From Camelus ferus (lineage: Eukaryota): a stretch of 64,000 nucleotides of DNA. The notes below the pieces were generated by a model that was not told the origin of the DNA, made no database searches, and saw only the letters and a program-made list of their open reading frames with translations. The position numbers were made by a program, and so were the translations under genes. This document shows positions 39,351-52,825 of this stretch, one piece after another; within the stretch, counting starts at the first letter, position 1; every line of letters starts with the position of its first letter. Where the stretch lies: assembly GCF_009834535.1 (NCBI RefSeq), contig NC_045697.1, positions 32,800,001 to 32,864,000 of the forward strand, given 5' to 3'.

Positions 39351-41539
39351 AGAAGGAGTTTGTAGATCCTCACTTTTTTACTTTTATTTTGAAAAATATA
39401 GTCACTAGACATAGAACTCTATGTTGGATTGATGTGAAAATCTGGAGCTGAAATGGTCCTTTTGAATTGTCCCATTTAAAGCAAACAGCCAGGTGTCCTT
39501 TCTTGTCTAGGGTGACCTTCTGGTAGCCCTTGTTCACCTCTGTGATTTCACTATTGCTTTCTTCATTAATAGATGCTTTCTACTCTTGGAGTATCTAGAA
39601 AATTCCATTTTGGTTTCTTAATCAGTTTTCTATATTTATATATTTAAATAAGTAAAATTTTGTTTGCTTTATGGAGAAATTTCCTTGTGTTCTCAATTGA
39701 GATTTTTGAACCAGAAGAAACTCTTTTTAAGAGGTTGCTATACAATTGGTTAGCACAAATGGAACTGTAAAAATTACAAGTGTCACTTTCTTAGTAGTCA
39801 AGTTGCCGACAATCTCCAATACTAAAATGTATCTAAGAAACTAGAAGGAAGTAGAAAATACAAGAAAACAGTTCCAGAAAAATTTCTCCTTGTCAAAATT
39901 CTTAACAATATAAGCTTTAGAGCCTTTTCTTGTTTTGTTTTGCATGCCCATTTTGTAGCGGCACATTTCAAGTGGAATCGATAGACTGAGAATATATGTA
40001 GAGACACAAAAGGAAAAATGACAAGTATCAAAAAAGACTGTAAGAAGGCAGGGGAATTGGGAAAGCAGAAATGCAAGGAGTACATTTAGCACAAGAATGA
40101 AGAAGCTTGTACACTTCAAGCACAGGATTTTATGACATGATGTAGTTAATGGTGTTTTTAATAATAATGGGGGCATTTGGAAAATGTTAATACAAGAAGT
40201 GCTATGCATTTGAATTACTCCCATCAAATATTAAAATATAAAACATATTTTCTTACTATTTATTATTTATTTATAGTGGCAAACTAATATGGCAAATGTT
40301 TCCTTAAATTAAATTAAAATTTATTTCAGTATGGTTTAAATTTGCTTTCTGGCAAGGGTGAAGGATATAGGTTTAAACATACCTGTCTTTCCACACCTAC
40401 ACTACCCACTTCAAAAATGGATATTTCTGTTTGTTTCTAATATAGTAATTTAAAAATCTACCTATAATATTATACTTGAAAAAAACTACTTTTACTTGAA
40501 TTCAAATTATTATTTTTAAGAAAGTAGTTTAGAGTCTGGCTATCTCTATGTAGAAAAGAGAAGTGGAAACCTGAGGTTAAAAGCTTCAATTACTAAATAC
40601 TGTATTTTTGTCTTAATATTCTCTTTTTACTGTTGGCCATAATTGATTTTAGTAATTATTTTTTCAATTCACACATTCACTTTATAATTACAGACAATAT
40701 GTTAGCTGTCTTGGCGTGAAGTAGAGTAGAAGGTTCAAATTATTTCAAATCAACTATGAAAATTGGAAATACAAAGAATTCAACAAAAGAACAATATTTT
40801 TGCATAAAAGCACATGACTATTTTTTCAGAAGATTATTCTGTGTTTTCATTTTAGCATCTCCATGATATTGGGCAAATGAACTAAGTCTTTCTGAGCTTC
40901 TATTTCTTGTCTGTAATACAGGATTAATAAAAATCATAATTTCAGCATACTCTTTTTACATAGAAATAATAAGACAAAGCTTATAATCATGATTGATTTG
41001 TTCACCAAAATGTATTGTTAATGTAATTTCTAAACCTGTGATCTATTTATGTAGTCAAATTATATGCTGGAAATTGTTACTCAATTTTCCTTTTTCATTT
41101 GATAAATTTCCTCCTACAAAATATGTTAACCCTATTACAATCTGCCTCTCTTTAATAAATATTTGGTCTATACATATGTCTATGTATTTCAGAAAAAAGT
41201 AAATTACAAAAACATAATGTAAGTTATAAAAAGAAGATTTAGTACAGCTAGATCCTATCAATAACTAAGTACCTGTTTCATGAAGAGTACTTGCAAATGG
41301 TGTAAAATAAGTAAAAAATAGAGTGTATTTTCTGCTAGAAACCAAAAGTTTGTATCTACTTTTCATGGTGTCCTAAGAAACATAATAGTTTTGTGATTTC
41401 CTCTTCATATTCATGAAACATCTCATTTTTCATCTAACAAGTGATAAAGAGAAAGCTATAATAAATTAGAGTTTGAAGGAATAAAATAATAAGAAAAAAT
41501 TAAGTAAAGCCAATTTATGGTTTAGCCACTTCCAGGTTT

Positions 41540-41842
41540 ACAAACATTCCTTCAATGAACCAGACCCATTCTCTGATAATGATTTATTGATTCGAAGTAC
41601 TGGTACAGACCCAATTTTGTCCAAACATAATTTTTCCTGTGGGTCTGTAAAATTCAGAGATGCATAGAGTCTGATGGTGGTTGTCATTAGATGCCAGAAT
41701 AGCTATTAATGAAGTCCCCCAGGATTCTTCTTTCTTGTTTTTTCTAAGATATTTAAATATTCTTCTAATAAATTTACTTTTTCACTTACCTTAATCAGTT
41801 TAATTTTAGTTCCTTACAAATAAAATAATATTACCTGATGTA
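41540..41842 (+). mobile_element. Old MaLR LTR (MLT1J-L-like) fragment
   Basis: aataaatttactttttcacttaccttaatcagtt...ttccttacaa resembles the MaLR R/U5 end. Confidence 0.45.
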
Positions 41843-42289
41843 AGATAGCATAATTTAAATTGGTACTGGAAGCAAAGTTTGAACTTAAAATGTAAAAAAT
41901 TAAAAGTTACATGATCAAGAAACACTTATAAAACATTAACAAACAACATAGGGATAATGAAAAAAATTTAATGTCACAGAGACATATAATTTGATTTGAA
42001 GGAGTTGATTTGCCATGGAGTATCTTCTCATTTGTGAAATTTTATGTACCATTGGTATGATAGTTCTACCAGAGGAAGTCTAAAACGAAGATGATATTAT
42101 TTCTAGCACAGCACAGAAAATTCATGTTCAGGGGTGTTATCACAAACAACAGCAATATCAATTCAAGCAATCAGAGAAGGTCAACAGTACAGGTAGCCTG
42201 AGTTTCAATATTAATTCAGGCCAGCAACACAACAGGAAATCACAAAATAACTTAAATATGGAAATCTAAAAATCATGGCGGTCAAATAA

Positions 42290-43000
42290 GTTGTGATAAA
42301 ATCCTATTTGGCCCTAGTGGATTCAAAGGCTGTATGTTCAAAGCTGTATACATGCTCAGGAAAGACCTGAGAGGGCTGTTATAAGCTACCTGTATCTAGA
42401 GAAACATGAGGCCATACAAACACAGAAAGTAACAGCTAGAGAAGCCTTGAAAATTACCTCAAATTTGACTACATTCCCTAAACCACATCCAGATGTGCTA
42501 ATAAAGAATGAAACCTCTCTTTCTCAAGAAAAAATTCTGGTAAATAATTGGCTAACTGGTAAAGTATGCTGACCCAGTGGTGACTTTTAGGAAGCCAGTC
42601 TTAAAAATAAACATAAGAGTTAAAACAGAAGAAAGACATCATCATCTACACATTGAAAGAGAAACAGATTCTATATTATTAATTCAAGAAAGTCACTAAA
42701 CAAACAGATAAACAAATAGCAACCAACCTTGGGGTTTTACAAACCAGAGATAATATCTAAAATGTCCAGATTTCAATAAAAATTATAAAATATACAAAAA
42801 ACAGAAAAGCGTGGTTAATGCACAGAATAAACAGAGTAAGAACTGTAGTGGTCCCAGATCTTGGACATAAAAGACAAAAAATTCAGAGAATTAAAGAAAA
42901 TAGTACTTACCAAATTAAAGGGAAGTATGATGAAATAACTTATCAGAAAATATGAAGAAAGGGATACAAAATATCCAACTAAAAATAATGAAGATTAAAA
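42290..43000 (+). mobile_element. L1MD-type 5' region running into ORF1
   Basis: gctgtatacatgctcaggaaagacctgagaggg...tatctaaaatgtccagatttcaataaaaaattataaaatatacaaaaaacag. Confidence 0.7.
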
Positions 43001-45264
43001 ATTGTAGTAGGCAGAATCCTAAAACACTTTGCAGTACAGGTAAGTGTGAAATATACTTGATTAATGAAAGGAAATGATGAATTATTAGAATACATCATAT
43101 ACTACTGGGGAAATTTAGAACTCTGGAAAACACTGTATCTCATACAACTCATACAACTCTAGCCATTTCACCATCATATATACTAATATACAATTAACTT
43201 ACTAGATTTATTCTATTCAGCTATAAATATTTTAGACATTTTAATCTTGCCATATATTATTTCATATTTTGTGACTTCCATATTATATGTTTAGATTTAT
43301 GTATTTAGAAATAATAAAATATTTAACTTTTAAATTACTTTGGTTGTTTTCCAAGTACTTGTAGAAATATTAAATCATTTTCTCAACACAAAAAGAAAGG
43401 AGTGGGATAGTGAAATATGTTAATAAATATTTCATTATTGCTTCTTTGAAATTCTTGGAAGTATAAAGTTTTAGTGCATGATATATAAATTTTCTTAGAG
43501 GCTAGTTCCATTTCTTACTTATTGTTGTTAAATGTTATTTTTAACATAAATTATATAACAAAAATATTTGTTTTTGAATCAAGGTTTCCACAATTCACAG
43601 TAACTCTTCTACAGAGACATTAAGAGTTGGGAAAAAGAATCAGTTCCTTTCATGAGGCATTTCTAACTCAACTGGAAATTTTGTTCAGGGTAGAAATTAT
43701 CCTGAATTCTATGATCCCAGAGTAATAAAACATTAGAGGAGGGAAGACTTAATTACAATTACACCAAACTACCAACATTGCTTTTTTAAAATGATTTTTT
43801 ATTACATCCCCGTGAACTGCCTGTCTCTACTCAGTATTTAGCAACCATTTGAACACAACTGTCATAGCTTGGGAACTTTATTTTTCAGCAATCTGTATTG
43901 CCTTATGCCAAAATACACTGAGATTTGTGATCTACCATGTGTCTTACAGAATGTCTTCATAGATGTCCATTTTGGAATTGAGTTCTTAGACAACCACAGA
44001 AAAAGAAGTCTTCATGCTAAGCTGTAGAGGAAGCTAATATTTTCCATTTGACAATAGGAGGTTGATAGGAAATCAGTATCTATTGTCTGAAACAAACCCA
44101 GCATAAACAAGCCTCTCTTTCTGTTGTGTTTGCCTGATTTTTCCACAGTGGTAGACAGCAGACCAGGAAAGAATATGATCTAATATTGGTTCATTAGAGC
44201 AATTATATATAATTATTTTACTTCATTCAAATCTATATATCATTTAGGATTTCTAACCAAGTTCAGAAACCATTTGTTGATACTGAATAGAAACTTTCAT
44301 GTGGATCCATTTGAATTATATTCTCTGCTTAATTCCTATTTTTAAAAATAGAAGAGTCACAAAGTAGTTCTGATAAAAATACTTATATTCTGAAGCTTCC
44401 TAAAATCACACTGTTTAGCTGTATTTTGCTATCACCTTCTTTTTTTATTGGTTAATATTTAGAGGTGGAGTTTATTGGCTCATTATAGTTAGTAAAACTT
44501 TGTAAGATGGTCAAAACAAGGATATTAAGCAATGTAATTATTTAATTTCCTATGATCACGCAGATTTCCCATTGTGCATTGCTGATTGTCTCTAAAGTAT
44601 CTAGTCACTGACTTAATTTCCTACAGCAGGAGAAGTAGAATATTGAGTTATTTGTCTGTATGAGATGTGAATTGATGTTTTTCCCCCTAAACTACCTAAA
44701 TGCAATGCTTGGTGAAGAAAATAAAAAAAAGATAAGCAATGTTTGATTTTGATTGGAAATAAAGGATAATATACAATCAAAATGATATTACATATTGCAA
44801 TGTCCTGAATATTGTCACCAAATGCATTTAAAATTAAACTGATTTCATTTATGGAGTTAATAAAGCACTTTATAGTAAATGAGGGACACTGACTCTTGAC
44901 ATTACCAATTGATTGAACTCTACCTTATCTGTGTTTAATACTTTGCAACTTACAGTGCACTTAACTGATGCTGTAATTTGATCATTCTAACATGAAGCCA
45001 TGAATACAGAAGACTTTGTGATAGCCCTAATTCATTGCAGATGAAAGTGTAGACACCACATCTCTTGGTCAATGCTGTAAAACTAGTGAGCATCAGAATA
45101 ACTGCAGGACTCCAACTTCTATGCTTTTCAGATAACCTAGTAAGTTAGACCCAGTTTGGTCAATTTTATTTGTGTTTTACACACAAAGGAGTGTTTAATG
45201 TCTATGCTTTTCACAAGAATCAGATGCTGAAACTTCCTGTGCATAGTATATTGTATATTCTCAT

Positions 45265-45526
45265 AATTAAAAACTCTTGAACCAGAACCAGATTGCCTGG
45301 GTTCAACGCAAAACTTCACCTTAATGTGTGATGTGACCTGGAACAAGTTGCTCAACCTCTTTATTTCAGTTTCTTTGTGTTTCTTATTTATAAACAGGGT
45401 AAAAATTAAAACTGGACTATGAAAATTTACCTCATAGGGATGCTGTGAGGTTTCAATATTTAATATATTCAAACACTTAGAAAAGTAGGTGGCACATACT
45501 AAGTATCAAGTTAATATGTTACTTTT
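45265..45526 (+). mobile_element. MIR SINE
   Basis: ccagattgcctgggttcaa...gtgacctggaacaagttgctcaacctct...tacctcatagggatgctgtgagg...ggcacatactaagt. Confidence 0.88.
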
Positions 45527-45974
45527 TACACATTGAAGTTAATCAGCTGTCATTATAAATAAATTACCATAAAGTAAACAAACAAAAACTCTAAAGCTCA
45601 TATAGTGAGTATTGAGTTCTAGAGCTAAAATAATTTAGGTTAACATAGTTATTATATCTATCTGTGTATATATGCATGTGTGTGCATGTGTGTGAAATGA
45701 AATTATTGGATGATCTGTTAATCTGAGATAAAGTTTTATTTCCTCATATTTCCTTGAAATATTCAGTATCATCAAAGCAAAGCATCATCATTTTGCACAA
45801 CTAACAGAAAAATATTTAAGTTGTTTTTTATGAAAATGTAATGGACTTATATTAAGATCTTTATCTGACTTGCCTCATTCTACTAGCAGCCTCTTGTAGT
45901 GCAGTAATTTTTTTTCTTTTAATGGGAAAAAGCAATGTGAGCTTCCACATTAACCTGAGGCCAAAAAGGTGACT

Positions 45975-46017
45975 ACGCTTAATAAGACCTTGTTCTAACC
46001 CACTGCGCTAATCAGAT
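45975..46017 (-). pseudogene. tRNA-derived fragment (tRNA-Ile(AAT)-like 5' half or MamSINE1-like head)
   Basis: Minus strand ttagcgcagtgggttagaacaaggtcttattaa matches recalled tRNA-Ile ttagctcagttggttagagcgtggtgctaataa at 25/33 positions; intact A box, no B box. Confidence 0.5.
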
Positions 46018-46693
46018 GGGACAGCATTTGAATCGGTTTAAATAGATGCGACGATCTGAATAACAATTCTTGCAATGGACCCTGCGAAAATAAGAAAAAG
46101 AATGTACTTTAGTCTTGAAATGGCATTATCCTATCAGTGTAATAGACCTTGTCTGTTTATCTACACCTAATACAAATTCTCTCTGTATTTAAATAACTGC
46201 TGGTTTTAATGAGTTTTATTGAACTTAGAAATTGCCCTAAAATTTCAGCTTATACATTTTCATATACTGCTGAATATTTATGACTGTGCAACTGTAGGAG
46301 CTTTGAAGACCATTATGAGAACCACTTTTTAAAGGATGCTTACCATGCAAGACAGAATTGATATGTGATCATGTAGCTAATCATAAATGCATACATTTTT
46401 TTCATTTTACATTCAGCAAATTCAACATCCGTTTTGTCATTGTTTAAAACTTCTGAACATAGAAAATATTTCCTATTGATATAATATATATATAAGTCTC
46501 ATTTACTATGCGGTCTTCCCTAACATCTTTATTTAAAGTACCCAACACCTATTTTTCTCTATCTCTGGCAGTTTTTACAACCTGCAACTATTTTATTTCA
46601 TCTGATTTTATTTCATTTTTCTCTCTATTGCTACACTGGAATTATATTTGCCTTATTGTATTTTCAATCTGCACAGAACAAGTACTCAATAAA

Positions 46694-47000
46694 TTCAGAT
46701 ACACCTCCACAATTCCTTATCAAAGCCCTGAGGACCACATATGCTCAGAATTCAAAGAAATTTTTATTTTAGATATGCAAGAGCAAACATAGACCAAATG
46801 TCACAGCATACTTCAGGAAAGCCTGCAGCAACCCCTGCAATAAGATCATAGTTTTTATTCAGCAAAACGTATGAATATTTACACTAGGGATATAAATAAG
46901 GAATCTAAATAGATTAATGTCAGTTCAGGTCAGGTCAGGTTCTGCTGCTAAAAGGAATTACATTACATTTTTTGCAGTTTTGTCTGTAATGGCTAAAAGC
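46694..47000. mobile_element. Tigger12-like TcMar DNA transposon relic
   Basis: ccacaattccttatc...cagcaaaacgtatgaatatttacacta...gtcagttcaggtcagg. Confidence 0.65.
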
Positions 47001-47194
47001 TAAAAGAAATAAAAAAGAATTTTAAAGTTTCACAGAAAATATTATCTGAAGGCTTAAGTGAAGATGAGGAAAATGTTGAATAAAAGTTTAATAGATTGTG
47101 AACAAGAGATCAGCCATTTTGTTTTTGAGTTGAGGACCTAGTGGAGTGCCTGGCACATGGACAAAATTCACTAAATTGTTTCTGAATGAATGAT

Positions 47195-47425
47195 AATAAA
47201 AGCTAACTCATATCATATGTCCATTCTTTGAACACACTGTTCTTTACATGCATTAATTTATTTAGTCCTCGTTAACACATGAAGTAGATGATGTTTTGAT
47301 CCATTTTACAGATGAGGAAATGAAAAAGTTATTTTCCCAAAGTCATAGCACTATGAGAGGAAATGCAGTGATTCAATCGAGGAAATATCGCTCCAGAGTC
47401 TGCTTTAACTGCTATGGTGTGGTGC
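47195..47425 (-). mobile_element. MIR SINE flanked by L2 3'-end fragments
   Basis: ccattttacagatgaggaaatg...cccaaagtcatagc...ctccagagtctgctttaact. Confidence 0.85.
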
Positions 47426-47829
47426 TTTGTGTGTTCCCGTGATCCCTGACACATAGCAGTACTCAACAGATATTAGCTAAATCCAATTGAGAAAGGCTAA
47501 ACTAAGTGCATAAGCAAGCAGATCTTTTTTCGTGTAATGAACTATGACAATATCTTTAACAAAAAGAGATTCAGAGTTGGACATTGTCTCCATCATGAAT
47601 TGAGTCTTTGAATCAGCTAGTCTGATTTTGAGAAATTTACCTATCAATTTCATAATCATCATCTGTAAAGTGGACATGGTAATTACATTTTCCTGACAGG
47701 CTTTTTGGGAGGATTAAATCAGACAATGTGTACATACTCAAATCTCTGTAACTTCTATCAGGATTTCTTTTCTTGTTAACAATTAAATATGACTGCACGA
47801 AGCTACAATCTGTAGGGGGAATATCTTCT

Positions 47830-48025
47830 TCAGCTTCCGTCCTAGAATTTCCAGTCTGTTGGCTTGCCCTATAAATTTCAGACTTGCCTACAAACGTTAT
47901 GATTGAATAAGCCAATTCTTTGAAATAATCCTAAATATATATATAAAATATATTTATGTATGTCATATATATATATTTCATTCTGTCCTCTGTTCCATTT
48001 CTCTGATAGTACCCTGACTGATACA
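47830..48025 (+). mobile_element. MLT2-type ERVL LTR 3' part
   Basis: ttccagtctgttggcttgccctataaatttcagacttgcc...agccaattctttgaaataa...ccctgactgataca. Confidence 0.8.
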
Positions 48026-48174
48026 ATAACTCTGTATTTTATTATTTGATTAGCATTTCTGATAATTGATGGGGAATGCTTCTATATTTTACAAATCTTT
48101 TCTAGTTTCTGCCTATCATTCCCTTAGGAGACCTGGGGTAGCTGGATATTACAAAGCAGGCTTCCCAAATTTTA

Positions 48175-48308
48175 TTTTATTTTGTTTTATTTTTTCTTGG
48201 GAGGGGATAATTAGGCTTATTTATTTATTTTTAATGGAGGTACCAGGGATTGAACCCAGGGCCTTGTGCTTGCTAAGCATGTGCTCTACTGCTGAGCTAT
48301 ATCCTCCC
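48175..48308 (-). mobile_element. Vic-1-like tRNA-derived SINE (camelid)
   Basis: Minus strand gggaggatatagctcag...gcttagcaagcacaaggccctgggttcaatccctggtacctcc with A and B boxes and (TAAA)n tail; TSD cccaaatttta at 48164-48174 and 48309-48319. Confidence 0.88.
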
Positions 48309-49547
48309 CCCAAATTTTAGAATAGGGGAGCATTTATATGGGGGAGCCTAAATCCACACTAACTACTGAAATTTTGAAAAAAAATTCCACATCCCCTCTT
48401 TTATTAGTTTTGTGTTTATTTTGAGGGAGTATGTGCCCAATACAAGACACACTTAATTGACTGAGTTGAGAAGGCTCATGATTGGCCACTGTTCCACGTA
48501 CAGAATTTTAATTAATCCCCTTCTGTCATCCTAATTTTCACTCTTGCTGCCATGTCTAGTTCGAAGCTTCTCAGGGGTCCTGCCAGGAAGCTCAGTCTCC
48601 TCCTCTACTCCAATGGGCCTGTGACTGCTCTAGCACGTGGAGTATTCTCACTTGGCCTGCTTGCCAGTTTCCGAGTGTTGAAAGCTCTCAAATGCAGATA
48701 TTCAAATTCTTACTTTCTCCTGTTGTCTTTGTTGTTATGTATTACATCATTTCTATTGGTTATAATTTTAAAAGGTATTGGAAGAGAGAGTATTTTAAAA
48801 GTTCTTTAGAACTCAGTTTTTTCCTATTATGCTTTTAATGAGAAGTACTCTGGAAAGTAAATAATGATATACTTGATAACAATCTACGTGAAGAACTTAC
48901 TTGGACAGATGAAGTCTACTGTGGAGATTGTTGTCTTCTGTTTCAGCCCATTATTGTGTTTTTCTTTGGGGTAAGCCAGATGCTCACATACCTGGGGTTT
49001 AGAGAAATTAATCCTTTACCAATGACTAAAATAAATAACCAAATAAAAGAATAGCAACAAAACAGAACTTAAGCAAGGTACATCTTGGAAACTAATTTGG
49101 AAAGTTAGCTTTAGTGCAGAATCTTACGGTGATTTTATTTAGAATTTAACTTGAATAAATGTATATAGAAAAATTAAAACATTCTAAGTTTCTTAGAGGT
49201 AGTTTCAGAAATGTCAGGAGAGGATTTTCTCAGCCCTGTAAGATAACAAAAATCTTTATTGTTTCAGGTTCAGTTAACCAAAATTTAGAGACCCAACTAG
49301 AAAATCATTAAATTCCCCTTTTTAGAGAATAAAAAAAGTCAAGAACATCATAGTGGGTCATCACTTTTAAAGTGAAAAAACTTATTCTCCACCAACTGAA
49401 GATAAGTTTTGTTTCCCCTTTAGATATGAGGTAAATCACCATCACATGCTCAGAATACTCCTGATAAAGTTTTTGTCCAGGTAGAAGAGAAAGACCACAA
49501 AGAATGTAGGCACAGATGGTTATAGTCACCAACTGAACACTCATCAA

Positions 49548-49770
49548 TAGGTGACTCTAATGTGATGGAAAATGCATGAGATTTGCAGAAAACTTCCTGG
49601 GTCAAATCTACATTTGTGGACTCTAATAGCTGAATGAAATTGGAAAGGCTTATTCACTTGTCCAAGCCTCACTTTCTCACATGTAACAATTTGATAATAA
49701 TGTCTATATTCCAGGTTTATTATGAGAATTATGCATGAAGGCATTTTGAAAACTAACATACTATAGGAAT
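49548..49770 (+). mobile_element. MIR SINE
   Basis: cctgggtcaaatc...agcctcactttctcacatgtaa...tgaaggcattttgaaaact. Confidence 0.7.
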
Positions 49771-50567
49771 AGCCTAATAATCTAGGTAAAGGCTATGAAA
49801 GAAATTACTACCTAAGTACTCCACTTGAATTAACCATTACTCTTGCATTGAAAACTTTTGGAGGTATCAGAAGAGATTTGTTGAGCCCTGAAAACAACTG
49901 TGGAATTAAGCAGCAAAAAAGGACCTACTCCATTCCTATAATTATAAACCTTAGTGCTGTATTAAATTAAAGTGCTATACAATATATTTAAAGACAAGCA
50001 CTTATTTTAGTCATCAAATTAAATGTTTACAGAAATTATTAGTGCAAATAGATGATTATGCTTTGTAAATAATAATACAGCACCCAGCATACTAATATAT
50101 GGGCTGGGCTCCAAACACATCATCTAATATATAAATACTTCAAATGGTCAGTAGAACAATAAGACATCTCACAAAATGTGTTGAAATCAATAATATAGCA
50201 GAATGAAAAACTTATTTAAAGCAAAATACTCCAATAAGTTACGTACTTTTATTTATTTTATTTTAACATCTACCACCATCATTTTCATAATGCCAGTTGT
50301 CACTCTAGAGATAACCTTGATGCTATGCCTGTTCATCATTTAATCACAAGCAAAGTTAGCAACAGCTTAAAGGGAAAACCACAGGCAATTTCTCTGTGTA
50401 AGAGAATGTCACAGGATAATAGGGATATACCATGGTGGGGTATAACCTTATCTGAAGATGGCAATGAAATGCAAAAACTGAATTTTATATAATCATTGTT
50501 ACGCTTTAGGATTAACAATATGTTCATAAACCCAATCTGAAATTTGGACCATTTATAATGGAAGTTA

Positions 50568-50664
50568 TTTGTTTATTTATTTTTGGAGGAGGTACTGGGG
50601 ATTGAACGTAGGACCTCATGCATGCTAAGCATGCACTCTACCACTTGAGCTATACGTTCCCCCC
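50568..50664 (-). mobile_element. Vic-1-like tRNA-derived SINE (camelid), short form
   Basis: Minus strand ggggggaacgtatagctcaagtggtagagtgcatgcttagcatgcatgaggtcctacgttcaatccccagtacctcc; perfect 14-bp TSD tataatggaagtta at 50554-50567 and 50665-50678. Confidence 0.9.
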
Positions 50665-51169
50665 TATAATGGAAGTTACCTCCAAGAGCCAGGTTGCAAT
50701 TTAGGTTTCCATTTTATGGCTTTAATGATGTAACCTATAGGTGGAAACATTCAGAAGGGAAATCATTTTGCTTTCTACTTTTTTTGTTAGTAAAGTTCTT
50801 TAAGCTTTGTTGCTAAGTCAAATAACAGCAGCTACCAAGAAATTCAAGTGATTAATTACTCATTGTTAGTGATACTTGATTTCATACTACTATTATTTTG
50901 TTGTTATATTTTGACAAAGGGCTGACCCAAGACAAAATTAGAGAACTGATCTTGTATTATGATAGATCACTTTTTCAAACAGCTGTAATTTATGGAATGA
51001 TGACATGATAGGAAGTAAATAACAAACTGATTCCTCTTTGTTTCACTTCTCTGGATGACAGTTGCCTTATCAGCAACATTGAGTGCATATCCTCCAGACA
51101 CTATTCCCTGGTTTCCTAGCATGTATTCTTTTGAACTTACTATATCAATGCTACTTGTACCTAATATAT

Positions 51170-51390
51170 ATGCTAGATCACTCTTGTGCCAATATAAAAG
51201 TAGTCATCTGTGTGAATAATTAGGATGAGAAATAACCTCTTATTTTGCCTTTGTTTCCTCATCTGTCAAATGGGCCTAATAGTACAAGTCTCATAAGTTA
51301 TGAGGAAATTAAATTAGTTAATACAGTAATGAAGTTAAAACAATATCTAGGACATAATAGCTATTCAATAAATATTAGACATAATTAGTT
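51170..51390 (+). mobile_element. MIR SINE
   Basis: gcctttgtttcctcatctgtcaaatggg...ttcaataaatattag. Confidence 0.75.
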
Positions 51391-51524
51391 TCATTATTGT
51401 AACTTGTCAAAAACATAGAGGTTTTATATCTCTAGGATATCATTTCAGGATCTCAGAGGGTTATGAGATTCATTTTATGTAGTACGTGTCACAGTCATTC
51501 ATCTTCATTTGTTAGTTTATTCAG

Positions 51525-51978
51525 TGTAGCAAATGTTCAGTATAATTCTCATTTCAATCTCATTTTCCCTTGTCTTTCTCTACTTCTGAGCATCAAAATT
51601 TGAACATCATTAAGGGTTTCGCTTCTGTTTCAGCTAACAATGAATATGTGACACATTGCCGGCCAATGAGATGTAGGTATGAGTCCCTGCCGAAGGCTTC
51701 CCTTTACCAATTCATTCTTGTTTTTCTTTCTGGTATGACAAGATGCCTGGAAGTGCAGTGGTCATCTTGCTTCCTTGAGGTAGAACCAAATTGCAAGATG
51801 GCAAAATAGGGAAAATAAGAATTGTTGTTTCCTGCTAACCTTGTTGAACTACTGTACTAATCCTGGAATGCCTGTCATTAGGCTTCTTTCACAAGAGACA
51901 AACAAAACTCTTAGTAAATAAAAGTACTGTAATAGGTATTTCTGCTCCCTACAGCTGAGTGAAAATCTAGTCAATATA
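51525..51978 (+). mobile_element. MLT1J-like MaLR LTR
   Basis: atgtgacacattgccggccaatgagatgtag...gatgcctggaagtgcagtggtcatcttg...cctggaatgcct...cagctgagtg. Confidence 0.8.
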
Positions 51979-52399
51979 TCAGAATTTCAACATCTCACAA
52001 TTTTGTATGATTTTAAAGATACAATAATTTCTAAATATAGAATATAAATATTATATGATTCTACACTGCAGTATGCAGTATTAAATTGTAAATAGTCAGA
52101 AGTTTAGAAAAACAAATGGGTTTCAGAACCAAATAACAGAGATCACATATTGCAGAAGTGACAAAAGATAAATCAGAAGAGTAAAAACATCAGCCATTAT
52201 TCTCTAGAGAATCCATAAAGAGGTTGGCACAATTTTCAATGAAAATCACATATTTAACTAAAAATCAGAGCATAAAACTGCGTGGTTGTGAGACCTGGAG
52301 AGTGTGCTCAAGACTGTGCATGAGGAGACTTGAAGTCTGGGCACAACTCCCTTTCATTTTCTTTCTTTTATTCTTTGCAAAAAAAGAAATTATTTGTTT

Positions 52400-52825
52400 A
52401 CTTTTTCTTCCAGTCTTACTGAGATATAGTTAACATACAGCACTGTATGAGTTTAAGGGGTTCAGGATAATGATTTGACTTACATACATCATCAAGTGAT
52501 TATCACAGTAAATTTAGTGAATATCCATCATATCATATAGATACAAAATTAAGGAAATAGAAAAAAATTTTTCGGTGCTGAGATCTCTTAGGATTTACTC
52601 TCTTAACAACTTTCATATATAACATACAACAGTGTTAAAATTATATTTATTATGTTGTACATCACTAGTACTTATTTATATTATAACTGGAAGTTTGCAC
52701 ATTTTGATTGTTTTCATCCAATTACTCATCCCCCTTATTCCCCACTTTTGGTCACCACAAATCTACTATCTTTTTCTATTAGTTAGTTAATTTGTTTGTT
52801 TGACTGATTTTGAAGTATAATGGCC
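52400..52825 (-). mobile_element. Artiodactyl-type L1 3' UTR
   Basis: actgagatatagttaacatacagcactgtatgagtttaag...ctcttaggatttactctcttaacaactttc...tataactggaagtttg. Confidence 0.85.

Noticed and set aside
39822..40227. 128-aa and 87-aa minus-strand ORFs
   Set aside because: They oppose a purine-rich strand, have biased L/F/C/S composition, and show no recognisable domain or splice context.
48175..50664. Functional tRNA genes
   Set aside because: The tRNA-like heads carry A-rich tails and TSDs, so they are SINE insertions.
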